In this document: in pieces, positions 8,854 through 17,600 of the stretch
How the letters are laid out: the number at the start of each line of letters is the position of its first letter
Numbering within the stretch: the first letter of the stretch is position 1
Assembly: GCA_965204745.1 (NCBI GenBank)
Contig: OZ242010.1
Span: forward strand, 4,832,001 to 4,896,000
Source of the DNA: Candidatus Latescibacterota bacterium
GTDB taxonomy: Bacteria; Latescibacterota; UBA2968
Length of the DNA: 64,000 bases
Direction of reading: 5' to 3'
Notes under the pieces: model-generated
Database searches by the model: none
Told to the model about the DNA's origin: nothing
Seen by the model: the letters and a program-made list of their open reading frames with translations, nothing else
Program-made: the position numbers and the translations under genes

Positions 8854-10416
8854 CTACTCGCCATAAGCGTTGGCGAAAATCAGGAAATCGCCAAATCCAA
8901 TTGTGCCATCCCTGTCGAGATCGTACCGCACATCGTATCTCTCGTCGCCTCGACTCAGGCCGTACTGTTGCACAAACAGCAAAAAGTCGGCAAAATCAAC
9001 CAGATCATCGCCGCTAAAGTCGGCCCTTGCCGACAAAAATTCAAGGGCGGCGTTGATCAATGGGTCCTCGTCTGTGGCCCCCCTGGGAAACGCAACGTGG
9101 ATATCAGGGGATAGGCCCTTTCCCTCAAAGGGATCGCCATCAGGCGTCAATGCCACCCAAGAGGGCAGAAACACAGTCACGCCATTCGACAAGGACACGG
9201 GTTGCGGATTCCCCGAACTGCCGTAGGACTGCTCGCCCATCAACGCACATTGTGGCACCTGCTTCATCATCAGCAAAAACGCCTCGCAACTGCTCATGTT
9301 GGCCGGCCCCATCAAAACGGCCACCCTGCCTCGAAAACCGGGCGCGGATGGAGTCGGTCTCAGGGTTCGCGTTATGGTTTCGGAAAAACCGGAAGCCCGA
9401 GACGCATTTCGGAAGCGATGCTGTGCATACGCCACAGGGTGATCGACAAATCGACCGGCGATCTCCGCGGCCAACCGCTCGTTTCCCCCGCTGTTGAATC
9501 GAACATCCAAAATCAAGGTGTCATCGGGTGCGAGTCCGTCAATCCATGCCCCGGCAACCGCGATATCGTCGGCCCGCTCTCCTCGCCAAGTGTCGATCTT
9601 CAGGTACGCCGGCCCATCCGGAAATCGCCCGGTCGCCACCACGTCATTGACGGATCGAAACCCGGGGACATGTCTTTTGATGAGATCGAGCTCCGCATTG
9701 GGGCGGACATTTCGCCGAAAGCTGGGCAAAAATTCATCCCCCACCTTGAGGAAAATGTGAATATCGCGGGCGACCTCCAAAAGTTGTCCGACAAGGATGG
9801 CAAACTCACCGGGGGTTTTCGCATCGATCAACCGCGACTCGAACTCGGCAAATCTGGCGTCCCAATCGATGTCCCGCAAATCCCGATGGGAATACCGATC
9901 TTCCACTGCGGCCTTCAACTGCATAACCGAGTTGCGATTGACGTCTCGTCCCAAACTCCCGGTCCCGGCCGATGGCGCGGTGCGAAAGGAAATGGGATAC
10001 GGGATCGCGGGAAGTCCATTGATCCCTTGAAAATTTTGATGCCGATCCGAGTTGATGCTCAACCAATACATGCGATCCGGTTCGAGTCTTATCGGGAGAA
10101 CGACGGTCGTGTTGGATGTCCAATAAGGCTGGCCGGCAGGTTCAGGGGATATGGGGCCACTCGGCACAAACGAGAAACCACGCCCCATTGGCTGGTCAAA
10201 GACGACGCGCAATTCATTGGTCGCGGGATCCACCGCTGTCGCGCCGTTCTCGGGGAAGGTCTGCACCACGCGAGGCCGCTCTTGAGCACCTGCGGGTACG
10301 CACATGACAAACAGCCAAAACCACAGCAGGATTGGGCGCGTCACTGCGTTGCGCTTCACAACTCCATCACCTAATGCGCGGTGCAAACGCCTAGTCGAAA
10401 TAGAGCGTTCTGGCAT
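8854..10416 (-). CDS. Secreted S41-family peptidase with N-terminal Ig-like (Big_5) domain and C-terminal dockerin-like EF-hand tag
   Basis: Signal-like hydrophobic segment; PRVVQTFPENGAT.VDP..ELRVVFDQPM; LILDVRFNSGG, NMSSCEAF, GEQSYGSSG, FEGKGLSPD; C-term ADFSGDDLVDFADFLLF...YDLDRDGTIGFGDFLIF. Confidence 0.88.
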   Translation of the reverse strand: MPERSISTRRLHRALGDGVVKRNAVTRPILLWFWLFVMCVPAGAQERPRVVQTFPENGATAVDPATNELRVVFDQPMGRGFSFVPSGPISPEPAGQPYWTSNTTVVLPIRLEPDRMYWLSINSDRHQNFQGINGLPAIPYPISFRTAPSAGTGSLGRDVNRNSVMQLKAAVEDRYSHRDLRDIDWDARFAEFESRLIDAKTPGEFAILVGQLLEVARDIHIFLKVGDEFLPSFRRNVRPNAELDLIKRHVPGFRSVNDVVATGRFPDGPAYLKIDTWRGERADDIAVAGAWIDGLAPDDTLILDVRFNSGGNERLAAEIAGRFVDHPVAYAQHRFRNASRASGFSETITRTLRPTPSAPGFRGRVAVLMGPANMSSCEAFLLMMKQVPQCALMGEQSYGSSGNPQPVSLSNGVTVFLPSWVALTPDGDPFEGKGLSPDIHVAFPRGATDEDPLINAALEFLSARADFSGDDLVDFADFLLFVQQYGLSRGDERYDVRYDLDRDGTIGFGDFLIFANAYGE

Positions 10417-10465
10417 TTTGCTATCTCCTCAGTAACCGCCGCGACGCAATACCCTCTCGCGTCAT

Positions 10466-10759
10466 TCATCGGGAACTCGCGTCACGGCCCGTATTCAACA
10501 AACGCTGAAATGCCTCTGGATCGTTCACCTGCACTGCCGAACGATGCAACTGCTTGAGTCGTTGCAAATCGTCAATGGCCCGAATGCGACCGGCGAACTG
10601 ACCCGCAATGCCCGGATCAAAGCGAATCTCCAGCACATCGAGGATGTCTTCAACAGCGCGTTCTCGGCCCCCTTCTTCTCTGCCCTGCTCGATGCCCTGC
10701 TCAACGCCCAGTTCCTTGAGGTATTGGGCAAACGATGATTCACGCATAATCGCGTCCAT
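10466..10759 (-). CDS. Putative internally initiated small C-terminal product of the Rpn-like gene (97 aa)
   Basis: In-frame ATG at 10759 is preceded by AGGAGG-GTCTT, immediately before the MDAIMRESSF...EQG-repeat C-terminal domain. Confidence 0.55.
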   Translation of the reverse strand: MDAIMRESSFAQYLKELGVEQGIEQGREEGGRERAVEDILDVLEIRFDPGIAGQFAGRIRAIDDLQRLKQLHRSAVQVNDPEAFQRLLNTGRDASSR

Positions 10760-11386
10760 AAGACCCTCCTGAGAAAGAATTCGCTTGATGGTGGCCTGTT
10801 CATAAGCCAGCCCACTCAAGACCGCCAAACTGCCCAAAAAGTCAAAGTCGCCCGCCCGATCTAACGCCTTGGTCCTGCGAATGCACTGACGCAACCAGGC
10901 TTCGGAACCCATCCCCGAAGGACGCTTCATCAACGGCGCGTAAGGAAGCAAGCCCGGCTGACCGCCTTCAAGAATACCACGCCCCTCAATTTCACTCAAC
11001 CGAATCACCTTGTAGCGCACCAGCACTGGGTAATCGGGATGCTCCTGGAGGTAAATCCCCTCATCGCGTCGCCCTGCATCGGGTTGCAAGTAGATCACAT
11101 GGGGAAAGACCGGCAGGCCATAGTATTCAATGAGCCGGATGGTGTAACTGGCCATGCGGATCGGGATATCCTTGCTGTCCGTGGTCTGAAATTCCGTATG
11201 CACCAAGGCCTCCTCGCCACCAATCCGCACGAGAATCAGGCTATCGGTTAGTCGCGTTTCAACCTTGGGGAGTTCGGTTTCGATGATTGCGCGAAATTCG
11301 ACATCCTCTCGTTCCAGTGCGAGACAGACGAAGTCGATGGGGTAAGCCGCAACCAAATGTTTGGCAATCGTATCGTATTTTCCCAT
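10466..11386 (-). CDS. Rpn-family (PD-(D/E)XK, recombination-promoting nuclease / transposase_31-like) protein
   Basis: YD..AKHL, ETELP..RLTDSL, HTEFQT...IPIRMASY, VIYL, MRESSF..G.EQG.EQG.EEG, LEIRF; ATG 11386 has a GAGGT SD. Confidence 0.8.
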   Translation of the reverse strand: MGKYDTIAKHLVAAYPIDFVCLALEREDVEFRAIIETELPKVETRLTDSLILVRIGGEEALVHTEFQTTDSKDIPIRMASYTIRLIEYYGLPVFPHVIYLQPDAGRRDEGIYLQEHPDYPVLVRYKVIRLSEIEGRGILEGGQPGLLPYAPLMKRPSGMGSEAWLRQCIRRTKALDRAGDFDFLGSLAVLSGLAYEQATIKRILSQEGLMDAIMRESSFAQYLKELGVEQGIEQGREEGGRERAVEDILDVLEIRFDPGIAGQFAGRIRAIDDLQRLKQLHRSAVQVNDPEAFQRLLNTGRDASSR

Positions 11387-11423
11387 GTGGATACCTCGTT
11401 TGGGCACGCGAATCATAGCGTGC

Positions 11424-11621
11424 CTATTGGCTGTTGATCATACGCAACGCAACCGTGATGATCGTCCCGAAAATGACGAGAAATCCCGCAATGATCACGG
11501 CGAACAACTTATCGAGCCGTGCGTTCAAATTATCTATCCGCCCGTTCAAATCGCGGTTCTGTGCGTAGAGATCGCGAAAACCCTCCCGGATTGTCGCCTC
11601 TTGGCTGTGGTCATCAATCAC
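11424..11621 (-). CDS. Small coiled-coil protein with C-terminal transmembrane helix
   Basis: DLNGRIDNLNARLDKL heptads followed by FAVIIAGFLVIFGTIITVAL; overlaps the ltaE stop. Confidence 0.7.
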   Translation of the reverse strand: MIDDHSQEATIREGFRDLYAQNRDLNGRIDNLNARLDKLFAVIIAGFLVIFGTIITVALRMINSQ

Positions 11622-12675
11622 TTGTCTTTTGCACCTTCTCCGCCAACCGGCAAATCGCTTGGGTGGCTTCGTCGATATCGGCGGTGGAGATGTCGATGTG
11701 TGGAATCAGTCTCACGAGCGTGGGGCCAATGACGCTGACGCGCACGCCGGATTCGGCGAGCAACCGGTCGCCAAATTCCCGTGCGGAAATGCCCAATTCG
11801 GCGATGTCGAAACGCACCATATTCGTTTCTACGCTTTCGACATCAAGGCCAATGCCGGGCGCGTTGGCGATCCCTTCTGCCAAGCGTTTTGCGTGGGCGT
11901 GGTCTTCTGCCAGGCGTTCCACATGGTTTTCGAGCGCGTAAATCCCCGCAGCGGCGATGATGCCGGCCTGTCGCATCGCGCCCCCAACGCGCTGTTTCCA
12001 CTGCCAAGCCTCAAAAATAAAATCCGCAGAACCGGCCAGCACGGCCCCCACGGGCGCGCCCAGGCCCTTGCTCAAATCGATCCACAGCGTATCGAAAGAC
12101 GCGGCATAGACTTTGGGCGAGATGCCCGTTGCAACGCTCGCATTCAAAAGCCGGGCGCCATCCATGTGCGTCAGCGCGCCGTTTTTGTGTGCCGTATCGC
12201 ACACCGCACGGATTTGTTCGAGCGGCCATATCCGCCCCCCGGGCATATTGGTGGTCTGCTCCACGCAAACGAGGCGAAAAGGCGGCCTGTACCGCGTGGC
12301 GGGCAGCATCACCTCGGCCATCTGTTCGGCGGTGAACATGCCACGCGGCCCGTCGATGGGATACAGGGTCGCACGCGCGAGCACGGCTGCGCCTCCGGCC
12401 TCTGAAATGAGCGGATGCGCGGTGCGATCCAGCAAAATGAGATCTCCAGCGCGGCAGTGAACCGCATAAGAAATCTGATTGCACATCGTCCCGGACGGCA
12501 AAAAAAGAGCCGCCTCTTTGCCCAGCATGTCGGCGACCATTTCTTGCAGCGCGTTCACAGAAGGGTCTTCGCCCTTTTGCTCATCGCCGACTTCTGCCCC
12601 ACACATAAACGCACGCATCGCCTCTGTGGGTTGCGTTGCGGTATCGCTGTACAGGTCAATTTTAATATCGGTCAT
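11614..12675 (-). CDS. ltaE: Low-specificity L-threonine aldolase (PLP)
   Basis: IDLYSDTATQPT.AMR, ALFLPSGTMCNQ, HMDGARL, LSKGLGAPVG, GGAMRQAG; TAATG coupling to the upstream gene. Confidence 0.92.
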   Translation of the reverse strand: MTDIKIDLYSDTATQPTEAMRAFMCGAEVGDEQKGEDPSVNALQEMVADMLGKEAALFLPSGTMCNQISYAVHCRAGDLILLDRTAHPLISEAGGAAVLARATLYPIDGPRGMFTAEQMAEVMLPATRYRPPFRLVCVEQTTNMPGGRIWPLEQIRAVCDTAHKNGALTHMDGARLLNASVATGISPKVYAASFDTLWIDLSKGLGAPVGAVLAGSADFIFEAWQWKQRVGGAMRQAGIIAAAGIYALENHVERLAEDHAHAKRLAEGIANAPGIGLDVESVETNMVRFDIAELGISAREFGDRLLAESGVRVSVIGPTLVRLIPHIDISTADIDEATQAICRLAEKVQKTSD

Positions 12676-13634
12676 TATCTCCCACCTTCGGGACCGGATT
12701 TGAAGAGATTCAAAAACCGGTCTTCGTAAAATGAATAGAGATCCCACCGGTCCAGCTCCGCCTTGAGTTCATTGGCTTTTTGGTGAAACTGATCCGTTTG
12801 GGTCACTTCGAGAAACAGCTTTTCAATGCGTTCCATCACGGACTGCGGCACTTTGTCGTCTTCGACTCTGCGGCCCGGAAAATCGCCCTCTGGCCCCTCG
12901 GCCATGTGGGAAAACGTCTTTTGGATCTGCATCTCGATATCTTCCATCGTGCCTTCCATTTTCTCGGTCGCGTCGTCGATCTCCGCCATGTCCACGTCGA
13001 AATTCAACAGGTGCCCCAGCGTGAGCACGATCTCCCGCGACGCCTTGGGATTTGGAATGGGCGCGGCGTATTGCGGCATCGTGCCCAAAAAACAGGCCGC
13101 GTTGAGATCGCGCTGTCGGGCAAAGCCGAGCACCAAGCCGTTGAGACCCGAAACCATCCCCTCTTGCAAAATCTCCACGCCTTGCGACGCGAGCGCGTCC
13201 CGAAACTTCGCGTTGTTGGCGACCCCGAGCACCTGTGCCTCTTCTTTGTGGCTGGCCTGCGTGAGATAGGCCGCGCCCGTAAAGACCGCGTCAATGCCCA
13301 AGCGTTGGCCCACATCCAAAATGCGTTCCATTAACTCATCGCCGGGCGCGCCGCCGATTTGCGCCTCGCTTTGAAAGATGATCAAATCGTGTTTTTCCAC
13401 CGCGTAAAAAACATGGGCGGGCGGATCGGGAAATGCCGCGAGCCCATTTTCCACAATCATCGCTTCGGGCGCGAAGTGCGATTGCATGTCTATCTCTGCA
13501 AACGCGACCGCGGGGAGTTGGCGCCGAATATAGTCAACCGCGCCGATGCCCACGCTGCCCATGCCGGGCCACCCGGCAATCAGCACGGATGCCCGAAATG
13601 ACCGGGGCAATTCTTCCAAGATGTTGAGTTTCAT
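12675..13634 (-). CDS. PAC2 family (proteasome assembly chaperone-like) protein
   Basis: LIAGWPGMGSVG, SEAQ, FTGAAY, SGLNGLVLG, PNPKAS, C-term LKAELDRWDLY..YEDRFLNLF; GGAGG SD. Confidence 0.88.
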   Translation of the reverse strand: MKLNILEELPRSFRASVLIAGWPGMGSVGIGAVDYIRRQLPAVAFAEIDMQSHFAPEAMIVENGLAAFPDPPAHVFYAVEKHDLIIFQSEAQIGGAPGDELMERILDVGQRLGIDAVFTGAAYLTQASHKEEAQVLGVANNAKFRDALASQGVEILQEGMVSGLNGLVLGFARQRDLNAACFLGTMPQYAAPIPNPKASREIVLTLGHLLNFDVDMAEIDDATEKMEGTMEDIEMQIQKTFSHMAEGPEGDFPGRRVEDDKVPQSVMERIEKLFLEVTQTDQFHQKANELKAELDRWDLYSFYEDRFLNLFKSGPEGGR

Positions 13635-13702
13635 GTTGGCCTCCAAAAGACGGATTCAAAAAACGATCAGCACTGCCATCGACCGGACCGAACACAGACT
13701 GC

Positions 13703-14227
13703 TCATCGCGCGAAAAAGGTGATAATGTGACCGAGAACGCCGAGCGTGTTCATGACGATCAAGGTCCAGATAAGACCATTCATCTGCACCGTGCGGTTGG
13801 CCTCTTGCTCGACGCGATTGGCCTGACGATTGGCTTCTTGTTGCCGCTGATCAAAAACCAAACGGGCCATGTATTCGAGCACCTTGTCGATCTTGTCGTT
13901 GACTTTGTCGATCTTGGCTTCGACCCGGTCAATCCGAGCTTCGACCTTGTCGATTCTGCCTTCGACCCTATCGATTCTACCGTTCACCTTGTCGATCTCA
14001 TTTTTCATTTTGACTTCCACCTTGTCGATCTCATTTTCGATCTTGGTGGTCAGCAGCTTGTAATTCTCGTCGACCGCGTCGCGTACACCATCAACTTTAT
14101 TTCGCAATTCTCGGTGTTCTTGGCGGTTGGTTTCCTCAAAGGTAGCCTGTCGTTCTCGCATGTCATGCAGGGTTTTGTCGATGGTGCTGATCGCCGCGTC
14201 GTATGCTTCGTGGGTGTGATCGGCCAT
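13703..14227 (-). CDS. Bdr/DUF1640-like coiled-coil repeat protein with C-terminal TM anchor
   Basis: Heptad repeats (K/R)ID(K/R)V(E/N)x about 7 times; hydrophobic C-term LIWTLIVMNTLGVLGHIITFF; AAAGGA SD before ATG 14227. Confidence 0.75.
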   Translation of the reverse strand: MADHTHEAYDAAISTIDKTLHDMRERQATFEETNRQEHRELRNKVDGVRDAVDENYKLLTTKIENEIDKVEVKMKNEIDKVNGRIDRVEGRIDKVEARIDRVEAKIDKVNDKIDKVLEYMARLVFDQRQQEANRQANRVEQEANRTVQMNGLIWTLIVMNTLGVLGHIITFFAR

Positions 14228-14425
14228 TGTTTTTCCTTTCGTTTGACGGTTGTTTTTGAAAACGCGGAATGTCAATACAAATAATAGGCAATTACGACCT
14301 AAAACACAACCACCAGATCGATATTTTTTTCCCATTCTGAGCGGAATTGAAGAATCTGGTTTGTGGGTGACAGAGGCTTCGTCAGTCTATTGGGTGTTGG
14401 GCGCAGAAGATTCGTTGCGCCCGCC

Positions 14426-14620
14426 TCAGCGGATTTTGGGGCCAAAGCGCAAACAGAATCGAGTGAAGGTCAGCGCGGTCGTGTCGCTATCGGCGTCCAA
14501 TGCTGTCAAAGTGTAGGTCGCCTCGGCTATCGCTTTGAGCGGTCGGCAAAACAAATCGCGTTCAGGAGTGCGGGGGTGTATGCCGATGGCTGTAGCACTT
14601 ACAGAAAAGCCCGGAATCAT
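14426..14620 (-). pseudogene. Degenerate putative Ig (He_PIG) domain remnant
   Basis: MIPGF...PLKAIAEATYTLTALDADSDTTALTFT resembles the He_PIG repeats of the upstream gene but is truncated and scrambled. Confidence 0.6.
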
Positions 14621-14670
14621 TGCGACCCCGGGCTTTTGCTTTGTGCGCCGTGAACGTGTCTGGACGTCGT

Positions 14671-17600
14671 TTAGCCTGATGAGCCAAAGCTGGCGGTGAA
14701 GATGAGAAAATCGGCGAATCCAATCTCGCCATCGCCATTGAGATCGTACAGAGCGTCATATCGCTCCTGACCTCGTCTTGAACCGAACTTGCTTGCAAAG
14801 GTCAAGAAGTCGGCGAAATTCACAACCCCATCGCCATCAAAGTCGGACGAGGGCGGTTGTATGTCAATCGTGAAGGTCAGCGAGTCCAGGTCGCCATCGA
14901 CGTCTAACGCACTCAGCGTGTAGGTCGTTTTTGCCATCTCCTCGAGCGGCGTGCCGGAAATGGTACGGGTATCTAAGTCGAACGATAGGCCATCCGGCAA
15001 GAACGGCAACAGGATATAGACCAACATGCCATCGCCATTGGTCGCCGCCGGCAACGTCAGGGGGGCGATCTCGCGATGTTTTGCATAGACTTGTGCGGTG
15101 ACAGTCGTATCGCCGAAGGTCGGTATCAGATTGGGGACTTCAAGGGTGAACATCAGAGGCACTTCATCGCCATTACTGTCTGTTGCGGTCAACGTATAGG
15201 TCATCTCGTCCATTGCCTTGATCGGCGTGCCAGACACAGTGAGCGTCTCGGCGTCAAAGGTCAACCCCTCGGGCAGATCCGGCGTCAGCGCGTAGGTCAA
15301 GGAACCATCCCCGCCGGTCGCTTGCGGCAACGTCAGGGGGTCGATTTCGCGATGTTTTACATAGACTTGTGCGGTGACAGTTGTATCGCCGAAGGTCGGT
15401 ATCAGACCGGGCATCACCTCGATGGTGAACGTCAGGGTGTCCTCATCGCCATCGCTATCTGTTGCGGTCAGCGTGTAGCCCATTTCTTCTATCGCCTCGG
15501 TCGGCGTGCCAGACACAGTGAGCGTCTCGGCGTCAAAGGTCAACCCCTCGGGCAGATCCGGCGTCAGCGCGTAGGTCAAGGAACCATCCCCGCCGGTCGC
15601 TTGCGGCAACGTCACCACCTCGATCTCCTGCTTTCGCATATAGGCCAAGTGAGCCACACTTGCATCGCCAAAAGAGGGCATCAGATTCGCGTTGACCGTG
15701 AGGAAGAAACTCAGACTCGCCTCATCGTCATCTTCATCTGTTGCGGTCAGCGTGTAGATCGTTTTTTCTATTGTCTCGGTCGGCGTGCCAGACACAGTGA
15801 GCGTCTCGGCGTCGAAGGTCAATCCCTCGGGCAGACCCGTCAGGCTATAGGTCACTGTCCCATTCCCACCCGTTGCACTAGGCAAGGTCAGTGGTGCAAT
15901 CTCGTGGTCTTGTCGATAGCTTTGGGGATCAACTGCCTCTGTGAATGTCGGCTCCGTATCTGGGTCGGGTTGCTCGGGTTGCTCGGGTTGCTCGGGTGAT
16001 TCGGGTGATTCGGGTGATTCGGGTGATTCGGGTGATTCGGGTGATTCGGGTGATTCGGGTGATTCGGGCCTGGGGGGGGCCTCGGTAGGTGTGCCGGTCA
16101 CCTCTCGGGAGGGCGTTCCATCACCGCTATTTGTTGTAGCGATTACCCGAACCGTGTAGGGCGTCCCGTTGGTCAGGTTTGGAATCGTATAGCTCGTGCC
16201 GGCGCTGACTGTGGTCTGACGGGTGTTGGAGTCGTAGCTTTCAGTGCCCGACTTCCACTGCACTTTGTACCCACTCGCACCAGACAGCACAGTCCAGGAC
16301 ACCGTCAAACTTGCAGGGCCTGGCGTCACCTCTACCCCTTGAACTTGACTACTCGGTGTGCCGATTACCTCTTGTGAGGGCGATCCATCAGCGGTATTTG
16401 TAATTATGGCGATTACCCGAACCGTGTAGGGCGTCCCGTTGGTCAGGTTTGGAATCGTATAGCTCGTGCCGGTGCCGACTGTGGCCTGACGAAGGCTGGT
16501 GTCGTAGCTTTCAGTGCCCGACTTCCACTGCACTTTGTACCCACTCGCATCGGAATGTGTGTCCCATGACACTCTCAGCTCGGAAGCCCTTGGCGCCACC
16601 ACTACATTCCGAACCCTAAACCTCCAAAGTTGAGCGTTGAATTGTGCGTTTATTTCCTCCTGGGTTCTGCTATAACGCAACACGGGATACTGCTTATTAG
16701 AACCAAAACTCCACGGATTGTCGTTGCCCGTCGTACCGTCCAAATTCATATTCCAAGTGCTGTAGATGCCGGTGTAAGTCGTTGGTGTAGTCAACTCCGT
16801 GGTGGTCTTGCCCTCCGGCGCATCGTTATCGGCATCGTCGGGCATCGAGCTGAAATCCGTGTCCCAATAGGAATGGTTTACGGTTCCGTATTGATCCCCG
16901 ATGAGGCCACCAACACGTTTACCAGAATATACCAACAGGCCACCTGATTCGACGGTGTCTTGACCAGAAACGATAAGTGCATCATATCCCACCTTCCGGT
17001 TGTGTTGGACGGTGAATGTGTCGCTTGGGACAGCGACTAAACCAGTCGCATAAGAAGCGGTGACCGTGCCCCCATCATTCAGCCCTATTAGGCCACCGAC
17101 ATCGTTACCGATACCGTAGACTAAACCGGTGGCATAAGAAGCGATGACGGAACCACTCCCCTCCCCATAGAACCCCTCATTGGCCCCTATTAGGCCACCG
17201 ACATAGTCGCCGACAGATTGGATGTTACCGGTGGCATAAGAAGCGATGACTGCGCCATTTGACATCTGCCCGACCAAGCCGCCGGTAAAACTGCCCGTGC
17301 CCGTCGTAGCGGGGTTGGACATTGTGATATTGTTGGTTGCATAGCAAGCGGTTAACGTATCTTCTCCCACCGCTCTTCCAACTAAGCCGCCAATATAATT
17401 CGTCTCGAAGTCACCTATGACAAGGCCTCCTGCATGAGAATTGGTGATCTTGCCTTGATCGCTATACCCGATTAAGCCTCCGACACCGGAACCCCCATTT
17501 CCAAGTATTTCAGTTCCTTTGATTTCACCAGTCGCATAAGAATCGGTGACCGTGCCCCCATCATTTTGTCCTATCAGGCCGCCAATATTTTGGAAACCAT

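Noticed and set aside
10466-11386. Calling the Rpn-like gene an IS transposase
   Set aside because: No terminal inverted repeats or target duplications are visible; the family is better described as PD-(D/E)XK nucleases.
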